Shown piece by piece: positions 34,078 through 57,799 of a DNA stretch of 64,000 nt; position 1 is the first letter of the stretch; every line of letters starts with the position of its first letter. The notes below the pieces were generated by a model. It saw nothing but the letters and a program-made list of their open reading frames with translations, made no database searches and had not been told where the DNA came from. The position numbers and the translations under genes are program-made. The stretch is from the human T2T-CHM13v2.0 reference genome, Homo sapiens. The stretch lies in the NCBI RefSeq assembly GCF_009914755.1, contig NC_060926.1; one strand, written 5' to 3'.

Positions 34078-34363
34078 TTTCTTTTTTTTTTTTTTTTGAG
34101 ACAGAGTCTCGCTCTGTTGCCCAGGCTGGAGTGCACTGGTGCAATCTTGGCTCCATCACCTAACTTCAAGCGATTCTCTTGCCCCAGCCTCCCACGTAGC
34201 TGGGACTACAGGTGCCTACCACCACGCCCTGCTAATTTTTGTATTTTTAGTAGAGACGCAGTTTCACCATGTTGGCCAGGCTGCTCTTGAACTCCTGACC
34301 TCAGGTAATCTGCCTTGGCCTCCCAAAGTGCTGGGATTACAGGCGTGAGCCACTGTGCCTGGC
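34078..34363 (-). mobile_element. AluS
   Basis: TSD CCAAAGATCTTT on both sides. Confidence 0.92.
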
Positions 34364-34573
34364 CCAAAGATCTTTACAGAGAACAAGGATTATGTCGACC
34401 CATAAAACAGAATGGTCTTTCTGCTATTCTGACAAGAGCAGAGAAAAAATAACAGTCACGAACATCCTCATCCTGAACAGGTCAGCCGGGGGGGCATTTG
34501 GAGGACTTGTTGTGATAGAGAACCAGGGACCTAAGGGACACAGTTTGTTGACGGATTCTGGCGAGCCTTTTAC

Positions 34574-34740
34574 CTCAGGGTTTCCTTAAGGAGAGCTCTG
34601 ACCAGCGGGACCTTGGGGACATCAGCTGCAGTTGGAACATGCCTTTCCCCTAAATTCTTCACAATCTCCCGGTACACCGTCTGCTGCACTTCTGGGTGCC
34701 TTGCCAGGAGGTACACAGTCCAAGACAAGGTGAAGGACGT
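34574..34740 (-). CDS. CYP27C1: CYP27C1 coding exon 6 (TSFTLSWTVYLLARHPEVQ...PLVRALLKETL)
   Basis: Translated by hand (not in the ORF track); AG at 34742-34741, donor GTAAAA at 34573; 167 nt; K-helix ExxR (KETLR) and basic ferredoxin-binding segment. Confidence 0.97.
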
Positions 34741-35282
34741 CTAAGGAGAGAAAGTGGCAGACACAGGCAGGCAGTGAGTAACACCAGGGACTGAAACAGA
34801 GGCGGTGGCAGGTAGGAAGTCCCCTGGGAATACACACAGCACAAAGTCAAACTCATCCAATTCCATATAGCACCTAATGTCTTACTAAAAACGAAAGACT
34901 GTTTCCTTAATTCATGGCAAATAAATAAATAAATAAATAACTGAACGTATTTGGCAAGTGACATTGACTCTATGATTCATGTGCTCCTGTCATGAAGAGC
35001 CACAGGAAAAATGATCCTGGAGCTTTTTTTAATCACTGAAGAGCAATATGTCAGGGATGCCGTGGAGCCTGGAGGATCTACTGGGACTTTGTGTGACCTT
35101 CTTTGCAGGGCTTGCTCGGTGTGTGCCAGAAAGGGCCTCAGGCTGCCCCCCGGCATCCCCAGGATGCTGGGCCCGGCCCACTCTGGCTGCCCTAATCTAG
35201 AGATTGGAGTGCACAGGAGATCACTAGTTAGCCATCGTGTCCTGCCTTCATCAAGTAAGGTCCACACAGAGCAAGTCAATAA

Positions 35283-35598
<316 letters not shown>

Positions 35599-35949
35599 CA
35601 GCCATGTCATTTTTTATACCTCTTCTCAAACCTTTCTACTTATTGAAAATAATTGTTTTATTCTCGTAGGTCCCAAGATTTTCGCTAAAATCAATAGTAT
35701 CATCTATGGGACTACATTTCACTCTCTAGTAAACAAGGAAATGCCACAGTATAAAGGCCTTTCTCTTTCACCAAAAAAAAAAACTAATTTAAGCAGGCAA
35801 TATTGATATCATTTTCTTGTAGAAGATATCACGTGTTTTAGAGGGCAGCCCTCTTGTATATATAATATAATGTGCAAGGTCTTATAAATTATAAAAGATT
35901 ACTTAGATGCTTCCTATCAAGAGAATAGAAAATTTCTATTTAGATCACA

Positions 35950-36250
35950 TTTTTATGGAAAAAATGTGGTATATCCATACAATGGAATACTACTTAGTAA
36001 TAAAAAAGAATCAATTACTGTTCTATGCCACCACATGAATGAACCTGAGTCATTCTTCTGAGTGCAGGAAGCCAGATGGAAAAGACAGCATGCTATATGA
36101 TTCCATTCTCATCAATGTTTAGAAAAATGTGGCAGTGGTTTCATAAATGATTCCATCTGTCAAAAATCTGTATCGCATTATGCAGTTTAAATGGAGTTGA
36201 CTATGCATAAGTTATACCGCAATAAAATCATACTAATTTTTAAAAATCAG
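35950..36250 (+). mobile_element. Old L1M 3'-end fragment
   Basis: AAAATGTGGTATATCCATACAATGGAATACTAC. Confidence 0.7.
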
Positions 36251-37422
36251 TATGAAGTTGTAAGAATTTGTTCCCTGGCTTCTATTGTAGGATGCTAAAA
36301 GGAACAGCTTCCTTCTGAATGCCACCTCATTGTGATGTTCTTAGTTACCACCAGGGGACAGGAGGCACAAGCTCAGCGACGAAGCCATTCATTGATTTCT
36401 TCACCTTTCAAGTGGTGTCTTAATTTGAGCGAATCCACACCATCACATTCAGGTAGTTAATTAGAATTCTCATTGATTGCATCATTTAGTTTGCATTTAG
36501 TTCATATACTTTTTGTTTTATTGTTGCACAAAATCCAAAAGAATAAGGAGTTTATGCTGTGTGGGTTTGTTTTTGTTTTGTTTTGTTTTGTTTTTCGCTT
36601 TTACATGCTTAAGTGATATTACAATAAAAATAAAGCCTTGAGGCTTTTTTGCCCCTTTAAGATGTAGGTCTGTGCGGGGCGTGCCTTATTCAAGGCCGGG
36701 AAGCACCCGTGCAAAGGAAAAGCTTTGAGATGATGGGCTTGGTTGTTTAGTTTCCCCACCTGTTAATGAAGTCAATGACTCCTACCTTAGAGGAAGCTGT
36801 GAGACAGGCAGGGTGTGCGTGCAATGCTTTGGAAACAGCGAAGCGTCACGCAATCTTAATTCTCTCTTTCCACCCGACCACCAGCAGCACCCCAGCCCGC
36901 AGCTTCCCCAGTTTCCAGCCAGAAATTTCATTATCTTCCACCCACTGAAAGCATCAGCCTAGCTCCTCCCTGTTTTGCCATTTCCTTTTAGCAAATTTTA
37001 CAACTGCTTTCACCTGTACCTACACGGCGATCATTTTCACACGTATCCTATTAATTGTATCATATTACACATGTGCTTTTGAAAGGAACTTGGCTCCTTA
37101 TTCCCCCCGGACCATGCCACCCCCAGCCAGCCAAAAACCCATGTTAACTATCTAGTGTGTTCCCTCCACGCGCTGCTCTGTGTTCGCACAGTCACGGACA
37201 GATGTGCAGATGCACACAGCCGGGAGGGGGCGGTGCCGCTGCATCTTACTCACAGGACACAGTATACATGCTGGTCTGCCTCTTCCTTTCCCATCGGATA
37301 GCCTGTGGGTTCCCCCCAGGTTAATGGGCAGTGCTCTGTCTCATTCTGATATGAACCCTCCCTGGTCCCAGTGTATCATTGATCTGCCATGCTACTGGGC
37401 TCCATTCACAGGGAATTTGTTG

Positions 37423-37424
<2 letters not shown>

Positions 37425-37458
<34 letters not shown>
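37425..37458. repeat. (CA)n microsatellite
   Basis: About 17 CA units. Confidence 0.95.
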
Positions 37459-37462
<4 letters not shown>

Positions 37463-37800
37463 TCATCAACCAAACTGCTTTAGTTTACTTTCTTTACACT
37501 CTCTTTAGCAGGTTTTGGTTTTGAAGTTATGTTGGCTTTATAGAACAAATTGGGGAGTGAATGAAATGAATTCTTGGCTTTATAAATAAATTCCATGGCC
37601 TGGAATATTTTAAATGATAACTAATAAGGTTTTTAATGTCTGTACCCTCTTCATGTATGAAATTATGAAACAATGACAAAATGTTTACAAATCAGGAATG
37701 ATTTGTAAACTTTAAACATTTATTATCATTTTGTGTGTGTGCTAATGGAATTTTGGTTATGCTTTTCACAGAAATCATTATGCACCTTACATTTAATATA

Positions 37801-38615
<815 letters not shown>

Positions 38616-38619
38616 TCAC

Positions 38620-38783
38620 CGTGTCGACGCCGGCCAGCAGCATCTCAGTCACGTTGGCGTAGATCTCCTGCAGCGTCAGAGCCTGGCTAAGGAAGAGGTA
38701 TGTGAGAAGTCCCCCGCTCACCCTCCGGCCTCGGTCCATTTGGTACTGTATGTCCCTCAACTTGTTGTCAACATGAATTTGGC
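38620..38783 (-). CDS. CYP27C1: CYP27C1 coding exon 5 (QIHVDNKLR...EMLLAGVDT)
   Basis: AG at 38785-38784, donor GTGAGT at 38619; 164 nt; I-helix AGVDT(T) oxygen-binding motif. Confidence 0.97.
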
Positions 38784-39046
38784 CTGTTTGAAAACAGTAT
38801 TTCTTTTGAAAGGAGTTTGGGTTGAGAATCATCTTTTCAGTCTCAAAGCCCTCTGTCCTCCCAGTAGCTTAACTAAACCAGTGGCAGGTGACAGAGGGTA
38901 AGGAAACCCAATTTATCTAACGTCAACCTGGGAGTTTCACTCATACACTTGCTTATGTAAATGAATGAAAAGTTAAAAGACAAGCTAAACGTATCTTCCT
39001 TTTTAAAAATAAGCTGTAGGATATTTGCAGATGTTTGCTTTACTAA

Positions 39047-40219
<1,173 letters not shown>

Positions 40220-40365
40220 ATCCAAAAGTTATGGGTCCAAAAACTAACACGTGACTACATCTAGGCATCCTCTGCTATGGTCACCCATTGTCTGGATGAG
40301 AGTTAGACACACAACACGGCAGGTCAACCTGCTTCTGCAAAAGGTGCTCTCAATTCTTCTCTTAC

Positions 40366-40575
40366 TGAATTTGAAGAGTCCATCCCAGGACCTGCAGAAT
40401 TCCCGCCAGGGCTTTGGGATGAAGGGGCGAAGCCATCTGGGGATGGCGCCTGCATACATGGAGGTCTTGAACATGCTAAACATGAGCTCCAGGGCCTCGA
40501 TGTATTCCACAGTCAGCTGTGGGATGCTGTTTTCCAGGCAGCCCAAACGACTCTCATAAAGGATGGTGGCCACTC
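40366..40575 (-). CDS. CYP27C1: CYP27C1 coding exon 4 (GVATILYESRLGCL...WDGLFKF)
   Basis: AG at 40577-40576, donor GTAAG at 40365; 210 nt; RLGCL motif. Confidence 0.97.
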
Positions 40576-41372
40576 CTAGACAGGAAAGAGAATTTGAAAA
40601 CCCTCTTCTAGATTATTTACCATACCAACAGGCAATGTTGGGCCATAAATGCAACTTTCAAACGTGGTCCAGGTGCCTTTCATGAATGAGGCATCGTCCC
40701 TCTGAGGATTTCTCTGCATCCTGAACTGCAGGGTGCTGGCATTTAGGGCTGACAGGTGGTGCTGTTGCTGCTTCACCTAAGGAGCCCCACAGCCCTGGGA
40801 GGCACAGATGAAGAAGCCCACTCTCTGGAGGAAATTCGAAGACTCTGAGAGTTTAAGTAGCTTGGCTAAGGCTGCAGAGGAGGACCCTGGGACAGATCTG
40901 GAGCACAGGTCTGAAATGATGAGCCCTGGGGAGGGGACAATCACCGAGCGTGTCACTGCTCTCCCCCAACACCCTCCTCTCAGGAAGGAGTCGGCAAACC
41001 TCACATGGCCTCTCCCTGCCCCACCTGGCCACTGGGGATCGCCTTCCAGCCACTTGCCCAACTTGAGGAATTGAAAAGTGACTCCTCCTGGCCAAAACGC
41101 AGAGCCCAGGCCTGGAGAGCTAAAGGCGCAGCAGAAGTGGCCTGGATGAATCCGTGTCGGGCAGAGCTGTGAACTGTATTTACCAATCACTTCTGGGATG
41201 ATTTTGTTACTAATTTTAGAGAAAATTAACATCAGAACTCTGCAAAGCTAACTTGAGTGAAAGTTGAAGGTAAGCTTTTTTTAAAAAAGATGAGAAAGCT
41301 GATAGAAAGTCCTCCAAGATGCATTCTATTTTTTTTTTTTTACACAAACATCACCATGTTAGACCAACATGC

Positions 41373-42428
<1,056 letters not shown>

Positions 42429-42615
42429 GTCTCAGTTTCCTCATTGGTCAACGGTGGTTCACACCAGGTTCACGTTAGCACCGTGGAGGTGACATGCATG
42501 TATGTCCCAGACTTAGCACACTGCCTGGGACCCAGGGAATGATCCAAGATGACATCTGCAGGTTTGGGGCAAGTATCCATTCTTCCCTCCTTCCCACCTG
42601 CTGATTCCACCTCAC

Positions 42616-42815
42616 CTTCCATTGAATATTTGAAGAAAAGATCATTGACATTGGTCACGGTTTCTCCATCTTCTGCCTGGCTCCTGAGGAGGTAGATTCT
42701 TTTAATTAAGTCAGCAATAACTTGGTTGACTTCTCCAGAATAAATGGCCACATCTTTCGGTTTCAGAATTCTTTGTCTCAATACGCTTCTCATCTTGAGC
42801 CACTGTTCACCCTCC
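42616..42815 (-). CDS. CYP27C1: CYP27C1 coding exon 3 (EGEQWLKMRSVL...FFKYSME)
   Basis: AG at 42817-42816, donor GTGAG at 42615; 200 nt; C-helix WxxxR motif (WLKMR). Confidence 0.97.
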
Positions 42816-43226
42816 CTAGAAGAATCAAGTGAGTTTCAAATCATCTTACTTACACTGACATTCTGGGAAAGAATTCAAGGAACCTCTAGAAAAAATTTCA
42901 GCCATAAAGAATCAACAAGAGCTGCCCAACAAAGTAGAATTAAGACAGGAAAGACTTTTTGCTGGGGAGAGAGAAGTTAATAACTGCAGCCCTGGAGCCT
43001 GTTAGAGCTTCTTACACTCTTGCCTTTGAAGCAAACTTTAAGGAAAAAACTACCAGTGGTAAGTAATAATCTTTAGTAAAAGTAATACGACTTCCTTTAA
43101 AAAATCTTGAAATAATATTGTAATAAAGAAATGAGATTGCTAATTAGCAAAAGAAAAATATATATATATATGCATACATATGTATATATAAATGAAGTAA
43201 GTACTGATATTAAAAAAGAAAAAGAG

Positions 43227-44081
<855 letters not shown>

Positions 44082-45141
44082 TCAAGTGCCCACGAGCGTC
44101 ACCCACACCTCCACACCTCCGCATGGCTTGCCTCCCAACCCTGCTCCACTTTCGCGTTCCCAAGGAGACCACCTGCACTCAAAGCCTTGCCTCCAGATGG
44201 ACTTTGGAGGACCCAAGCTAAGCCAGCCCGGCGCCTGGGCCTAGGCACTGCCCTTCCCTTTGCTGTCCACTGTGCTGAAGTCACCAGCACCGCCTCTCTC
44301 CGTCTCAGCCGAAGAGGGGTCCAGGCACCCACACAGGCTCCTGAGCCTGCAGCTAACGGGGCAGACAGCAGAGAGATTCTGCCTCAGCATTCGGGCCCCT
44401 CTAGGCCTGAACATCCAGGAGGAGCTGTTTAATTATTTCCCCCAGGACGGAAATTGAGGGACCCTGGTGACATCTGGTCACGATTCTTATTTATCTTACT
44501 TGAGAAATTGGTGGCTGTATTTCTCCCCAATTTATGTATAAGGACATAGATATCAAAAGAGCTGCAAACAGAAGTCCCACCCCATGGGGATTTGGACCGG
44601 GGCATCTGCAGGCGCCCTGGGCCTCCCTGCCTGGCCGCGGGCCACGATCTCTTGGAAGGCACAGAGGTGTTGGTGACGCTGGTTCAAAATGAATAATCAC
44701 AGTCTGCTATGAGACAGGAAAATCACCACGTGGCGACCAAGGCTGGAGGTTCTTAGCCCCTCGTCAAAGGGATTTTCCTGAAATAGTGACCACCTCCTTT
44801 CCCTGTGCACAGACAAGGGCGCTGTGAGTTTTGTCTGCCTCGGTTATCACTGAATGGACTCCCAAAGCCACAAAGCCCTGCTTCCGAAGCGCTCTGCCCA
44901 CCACGGAGCCAGCGTCGCCCCTCCTGGCTCCTGACGGGACAACTCTGCACGGAGGAGGAGCCAGAAAGCCCAGCAGGGCTCTCATGTCTGGGAGATCGCA
45001 CAAGGAGACTGTCTGATATCATTCCATGGGGGGGTTCTGTGCTTTTTTAAGAGCTGGCTTTTAGGAACTCAGCTTTGGAGGAGGGGGCCTCCCCTGAGCT
45101 CCCCCTCCAGCCCGTGGCTCAGCCCGGGCCCACATACTCAC

Positions 45142-45332
45142 GCCGAGATGAGCCCGGTGGCTCTCCCCCGCAAGTCTCGGTACTCCCGCCAGGACTCCAT
45201 GTTGGCTCTCTGGGGCGCAGCGCCCTCCGCCCGGAGCACCTGAGCCACCATATCGCAGTCTGCAATAGATACTACAAACTGAGGACCAAAGTGAGACTTG
45301 AAGATTTTTCCATATTCCCGTGTGTGCTTCTG
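45142..45332 (-). CDS. CYP27C1: CYP27C1 coding exon 2 (QKHTREYGKIFKSHFGPQ...RATGLISA)
   Basis: Acceptor TTGCAG at 45334-45333, donor GTGAGT at 45141; 191 nt; YG-x-I-F-K and VLRAEG motifs of the CYP27/CYP24 clan. Confidence 0.96.
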
Positions 45333-45519
45333 CTGCAATACCATGGAGAAATCAAAAAAGGAAAAAATACATAGATATGATATACCTTTAACATAAACAT
45401 CCTGTGTGCTAGAGGAGCAGAAAATTGGGGCAGAGGGAAGTGCTATCTAACACAGCACTGAATCAGAGCAGTAATTTACATATTGCTGAGATAAACATGT
45501 TTTCACATAACCATCTCTT

Positions 45520-45826
45520 TTTTGTTGTTTCCGTTTGTTTGTTTGTTTGTTTGTTTGTTTTTTAGAGACAGGGTCTTGCTCTGTTGCCCAGGCTGGAGTG
45601 CAGTGGCATAAACATAGCTCACCGCAGCCTCCAACTCCTGGGCCCAGGCAATCCTCCCACCTCAGCCTCCCAAGTAGCTAGGACTGCAGGTGCACACCTC
45701 CACTCCCAGCTAATTTTTTATTTTTTGTAGAAACAGGGGTCTCTCAATGTTGCCAGGCTGGTCTCGAACTCTTGGCCTCAAGTGATCCTCCTGCCTCAGC
45801 CTCCCAAAGTGCTGGGATTACAGGCA
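45520..45826 (-). mobile_element. AluJ-like with (TTTG)n tail
   Basis: Alu consensus. Confidence 0.9.
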
Positions 45827-46316
45827 TGATCATGGAAGTTTTCTTATTCTTTAGGGATATGTTTTTAAAACTACCTTAGCTGTGTGAAGCAACAAGAGAG
45901 AAATGTCATTATAAGAGACAAATGTCCAGAGCAAACAGAGCCCTGTCTGCCAGCCCCTTTCCATGGGCCCAACAGCTCTACCCAAGCAGTACCAAGCCAA
46001 CTCTGCAGAGCAAGCCCTCTGTGGACAGTCTGTAACGAGCCTCTAAAACTGACTCCCAGCAAGAAAATGAAGGAAAAGACATCTGGATTGGAAATGAAGA
46101 AGTCAGGCTATCTCTATTGGCAGATGACGTGATCTCACATACAGAAAATCCTACGGAACCTACTAAAAAACTATTAGAACTAATAAACAAGTTCAATAGG
46201 ACACAAAATCAGTATACAAAAATCAATTGTATTTCTATACACTAGCAGTGAACAATCCAAAATGAAATTTAAAAAACAATTCAATTTACAATACATCAAA
46301 AAGAATACAATACTTG

Positions 46317-46920
46317 ACCAGCTGCAGTGGCTCATGCCTGTCTGTAATCCCAGCACTTTTGGGAGGCTTAGGTGGGTGGATCGCTAGAGCACAGGAGTTC
46401 AAGATAAGGTTGGGCAACATGGCAAAATTCTGTCTCTAAAAAAAATACATGGCTGGGTGCAAAGGCTCATGCCTGTACTCTCTGCACTTTGGGAGGCCAA
46501 GGCGAGGGGATCACCTGGGTTCAAGAGTTTGAGACCAGCCTAGCCAACATGGTGAAACCCCATTTCTACTAAAAACACAAAAATTATCCAGGCATGGTGG
46601 TGTGCACCTGTAATCCCAGCTACTCGGAGGCTGAGGCAGTAGAATCGCTTGAACCCAGGAGGCAGAGGTTGCAGTGAGCCGCAAGACTGCGCCATTGCAC
46701 TCCACCCTGGGCAACAAGAGTGAAATTCTATCTCAAAAAATACATATATATACAAAAATTAGCGAGGCATGGCAGTGTGAGCCTGTAGTCCCAGCTACTC
46801 AGGAGGCTGAGGTGGGAGGATCACGTGAGCTCAGGAGGTGGAGGTTGCAGTGAGTGAAGATTGTACCACCACACTCAGGCCTGGGTGACAGAGCAAGACT
46901 CTGTCACAAAAAAAAAAATA
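46317..46920 (+). mobile_element. Alu-in-Alu: AluS (46451-46740) inserted in the middle A-linker of an AluJ (46317-46445 plus 46752-46920)
   Basis: TSD AAAAATACAT on both sides of the inner Alu. Confidence 0.85.
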
Positions 46921-47318
46921 ATAATATTCTTAGAAATAAATTTAACAGGAGAAGTGTAAAACCTATACTCTGAAAACTATAAAACATTGTCTAAAGAAAT
47001 CTACAAAACATTGTTTAAAGAAATCTACAAAACATTGTTTAAAGAAGCCTGAAATAAATGGCAAGACATGAAATAAATGGCAAGATATCCCATGTTCATG
47101 GACTGGAAGACTTAATATTGTTGAGAAAGAAATACACCTCAAAGTGTATAAATAGATTCAGCACAATCCCTATCATAATTCCAGTGGGCTTCTTTGTAGA
47201 AACTGATAAGCTGATCCTAAAATTCATATGAAAATGCAAGAGACCCAGAATAGCCTAAACAATCTCGAAAAAAGAACAAAGCTGGTGGACCCCCATTTTC
47301 CTGTTTCAAGACTTAGTA

Positions 47319-54072
<6,754 letters not shown>

Positions 54073-54085
54073 AAGACTTAGTACA

Positions 54086-54396
<311 letters not shown>

Positions 54397-56459
54397 CTAC
54401 AGTAACCAAGACAGTGCAGTAATGGCATAATCATTGGCTTAGATTTAAGACTCAAACATCTATGGTCAACTGATTTTCATCAAGAGTTCCAAGATCTTTC
54501 AATAGGAAAAGGATTTAATAGTCTCTTAAACAAATGGCACAGGGACAACTGGATAGCCACAAGCAAAGAATCAATTTTTACCTTTTTCTCACACTATATA
54601 AAAAAATTATCTCAAAATGGATCAAAGCTCTAAATGTAAATGCTAAAACTATAAACTCTTAGAAGAAAACATAAGGGTAAATCTTCATGACCCTGGGTTT
54701 GGCATAATGTCTTAAGATATGATCCCTAAAGTGCAAGTAACAAAAGAAAAAAATCGATAATAGGACTTCATCAAAATTTAAAACTTTTATGCTTTAAAGA
54801 ACACTATTAAGAAAGTGAAAACAAGGCCGGCCATAATGGCTCAGGCATGTAATCCTAGCACTCTGGGAGGCCAAGGCAGGTGGATTGCTTGAGCCCAGCC
54901 TAGGCAACATAGCAAGACCCTGTCTCATTAAAAAATAAAAATAAAATGTAAAAATAAAAAGCAAAAACAACCTTCGGATGGAGAAAATATTTGCAAAGCA
55001 CATATCTGATAAGGGACTTGTACCCAGAATATATAGAAACTTACAAATCAGTAGAGGAAGGGAGGGAGGGAGAGAGAGAGGGAGGGAGGGAGGAAGGAAG
55101 AAGAGAGAAAAGAACCCAATTAAAAACTGGACAAAGGATTTCAATGGATATTTCTCCAAAGAAGATATACAAATGGTAAATAAGCACATGAAAATATGCT
55201 CAACATCATCAGTCATCAGGGAGAGATAGCACTTCGCACCCACTAGAATGGCCATAATCAAAAGGACAAGTAATAACAAATGTTGACAGGGATGTAGAAA
55301 AATCAGAACCCTCTTATGATAATGGTGGGGATGTAAAATGGTGCAGATACTCTGGAAAACAGTCTGGCAGTTCTTCAAAAGGTTAAATATAGAATTACTA
55401 TTTGACCCAACAGTTCCACTCCTAGATACATATCCAAGAGAAATGAAAACACATGTCTACACAAAACCTTACACACAAAAATTCACAGCAGCATTATTCA
55501 TTACGGCTAAAAGGTGGAAACAATCCAAATGTCTATGAACTGATGAATGGATAAGCAAAATGTGGTATAGTCATACGCTGCAATATTATTTGTCCATAAA
55601 AAGAATGAGGTACTGATACATGCTACAACATGAGTGAACCTTAAAAACATTATACTGAAATGTTTAAAGTGAAAGAAACCACCCATAAAAGACCACATAT
55701 TACATGATTCCACTTATGACATGTCCAGAATAGGCCAATCTATAGATACAGAAAGTAGCTTGGTGGTTGCTTAAAGCAGGGGGAATAGGAGAGTTGGGGG
55801 TGATAGCTGATGGATATGGGATTTCTTTTTGAGGTCATGAAAATGTTCTACAAGTTGACTGCGGTGATGGTTGTATACTTCAAATGGATGAATTATATGA
55901 TATGTTAATTATATCTTAAGAAAGCTGTTACTCCCTGCATAAAAAGAAATCACAATAAATGTAAATAGACTAAATTATTCAGTTAAAACACAAAAGTGAT
56001 GAGCCTCTAACATGGCTCAGCATGACACAGACAGGGCTGGGCTGGGGAAAGTTACTAAGACTCTCTTTGGTATCTGCCCAGCTTTCTCACCACTCCAGCT
56101 CTCAATCTCAGAAACAGTGGGCCAGGAGCACTGTCATTTCTCTACTCTTATACTCACTCCTTCTGGAGACCTGAAAATGAAGACATTCAGACTAAACTGG
56201 AATGAGTCCATCTCCAAGGGGTCACTTCTGCCTAACAAATAAGTGGCCCCCAAAGAGTTCAGGTCTCTAAAGGGGCCCACTGAAGGAATGACTGGTAACA
56301 AGAACTACTGGGAAATGGGCCACTCCTCAAGCAAATCCAGCTACTGAATTGGGTACAATCAGCACAAGGGAACTGGAGGTAGAAATGATACAGATAGTTT
56401 TCATCACTTTCTGGTGGTGGGCCATGGAACTATACAGTCAGGCACAGTACTTAGAGTTT

Positions 56460-56990
56460 GCTTGGATGTTAAGAGCACAGACTCTGGAGTTTGAATCTGG
56501 GCTCACAGTTTACTAGCTGAATAACCTTTGGAAGTTAGGTCCCACTATGCCTCAGTTTCCTCACCCAAAAAATGGAGAAATAAGTTTCACGTAAGACCTG
56601 AAACTGTGCCTGGCACATGAAAAGAGTTCTAGAAATACTGATCGTTATTATTTGTTATTATTACAGTTTCATAACACTAAGCTCATTTGACCTTATCATA
56701 ACCCATGAGAGGAATGGCGATTGCTAATCTCCTTTACGGATGAGAAAACTGAGGTGCAGAGAGAATGAGTGACTAGCCCAAGGCTCCACAGGTGGCTGCA
56801 GAGGGCCAGCATTGGAGGACATGACTCCTGTTTCGGCCATCCTGCTGCTCTACCACACCCTAAATAGCATCTAGTGACCCAAATTATGATTTCTACTCTG
56901 CCAATCACCAGCTGCCTGACCTTAGGCAAGTCGCTTAGGTAACCACCCAACTCTTTCCATCTGTAAAATGAGAGGTGAGCTATGTAGGTG
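56460..56990. mobile_element. MIR cluster
   Basis: CCTCAGTTTCCTCA, GAGAAAACTGAGG and TTCCATCTGTAAAATGAG cores. Confidence 0.7.
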
Positions 56991-57799
56991 AACACTAAGA
57001 GCCCTTGTTTAGCTAACATTCTGTGATTGCAAGGGGAGCGCAAGTGAACTGGATGTGATGGGCCACAGAACAATGAGCAACCTGGAGAGCGGGAAGAGAG
57101 GGTTTTTCTAGAACCATGTGTTCGAAATTGGGAGTCCTCAGAGGGGCTGCAGGAAGGTGAGAGTCCCCACAAGTACCATATTTGAGGGTTGGGGTAGTGC
57201 CACCTGGAGAGTAAAGGGAAAGAACTTTTTCCTTTATTTCTTTTACTCTCCAGGTCCTGTGTGCGCTTGGTGAGAAGGCAGCAAGTGAGTCAGTTGTGAC
57301 TCTCTGCTCCGTGCCCCAGGGCCCTGGGTGTGGTGAAGGAAGCTGTCTGAGCAGTGGGCAGGAGGGGCTGAGCTCAGGGTGAGGGCTGGCGGCAGGGGCG
57401 GGTGAATGGAAAATACCCATCTGAACTGCCACACATCCTGACTGGATACAGGCTTTAACACGGTCCGTCTCAAAGAAACCTGTGCCCATGGAACAAACTC
57501 TGGGTGAGGTATGAGGATAAAAGCAGATGGCAGTAGGGGCGGATAAAAGAAAAATTAAATTACACTTCAGAAAGCAGGCTGTATTGAACCCATCAACAGC
57601 AAATAACAAAACACTTTTTACTGTATTTGAAAGTTGCCATCCTGATATCTTATCAGATCCTACAAAGAAAATCATTTTTGAGCCCTCTAAGCATTGGGGT
57701 GGGGGTGGCGGTTTGGAACTGTATAGGGTTGGCGTGGCGGACTTGAGGAGGGACGGTTGGGACTTCCTGGCATTAAAATTAAATTAAATTTTAATTCCC

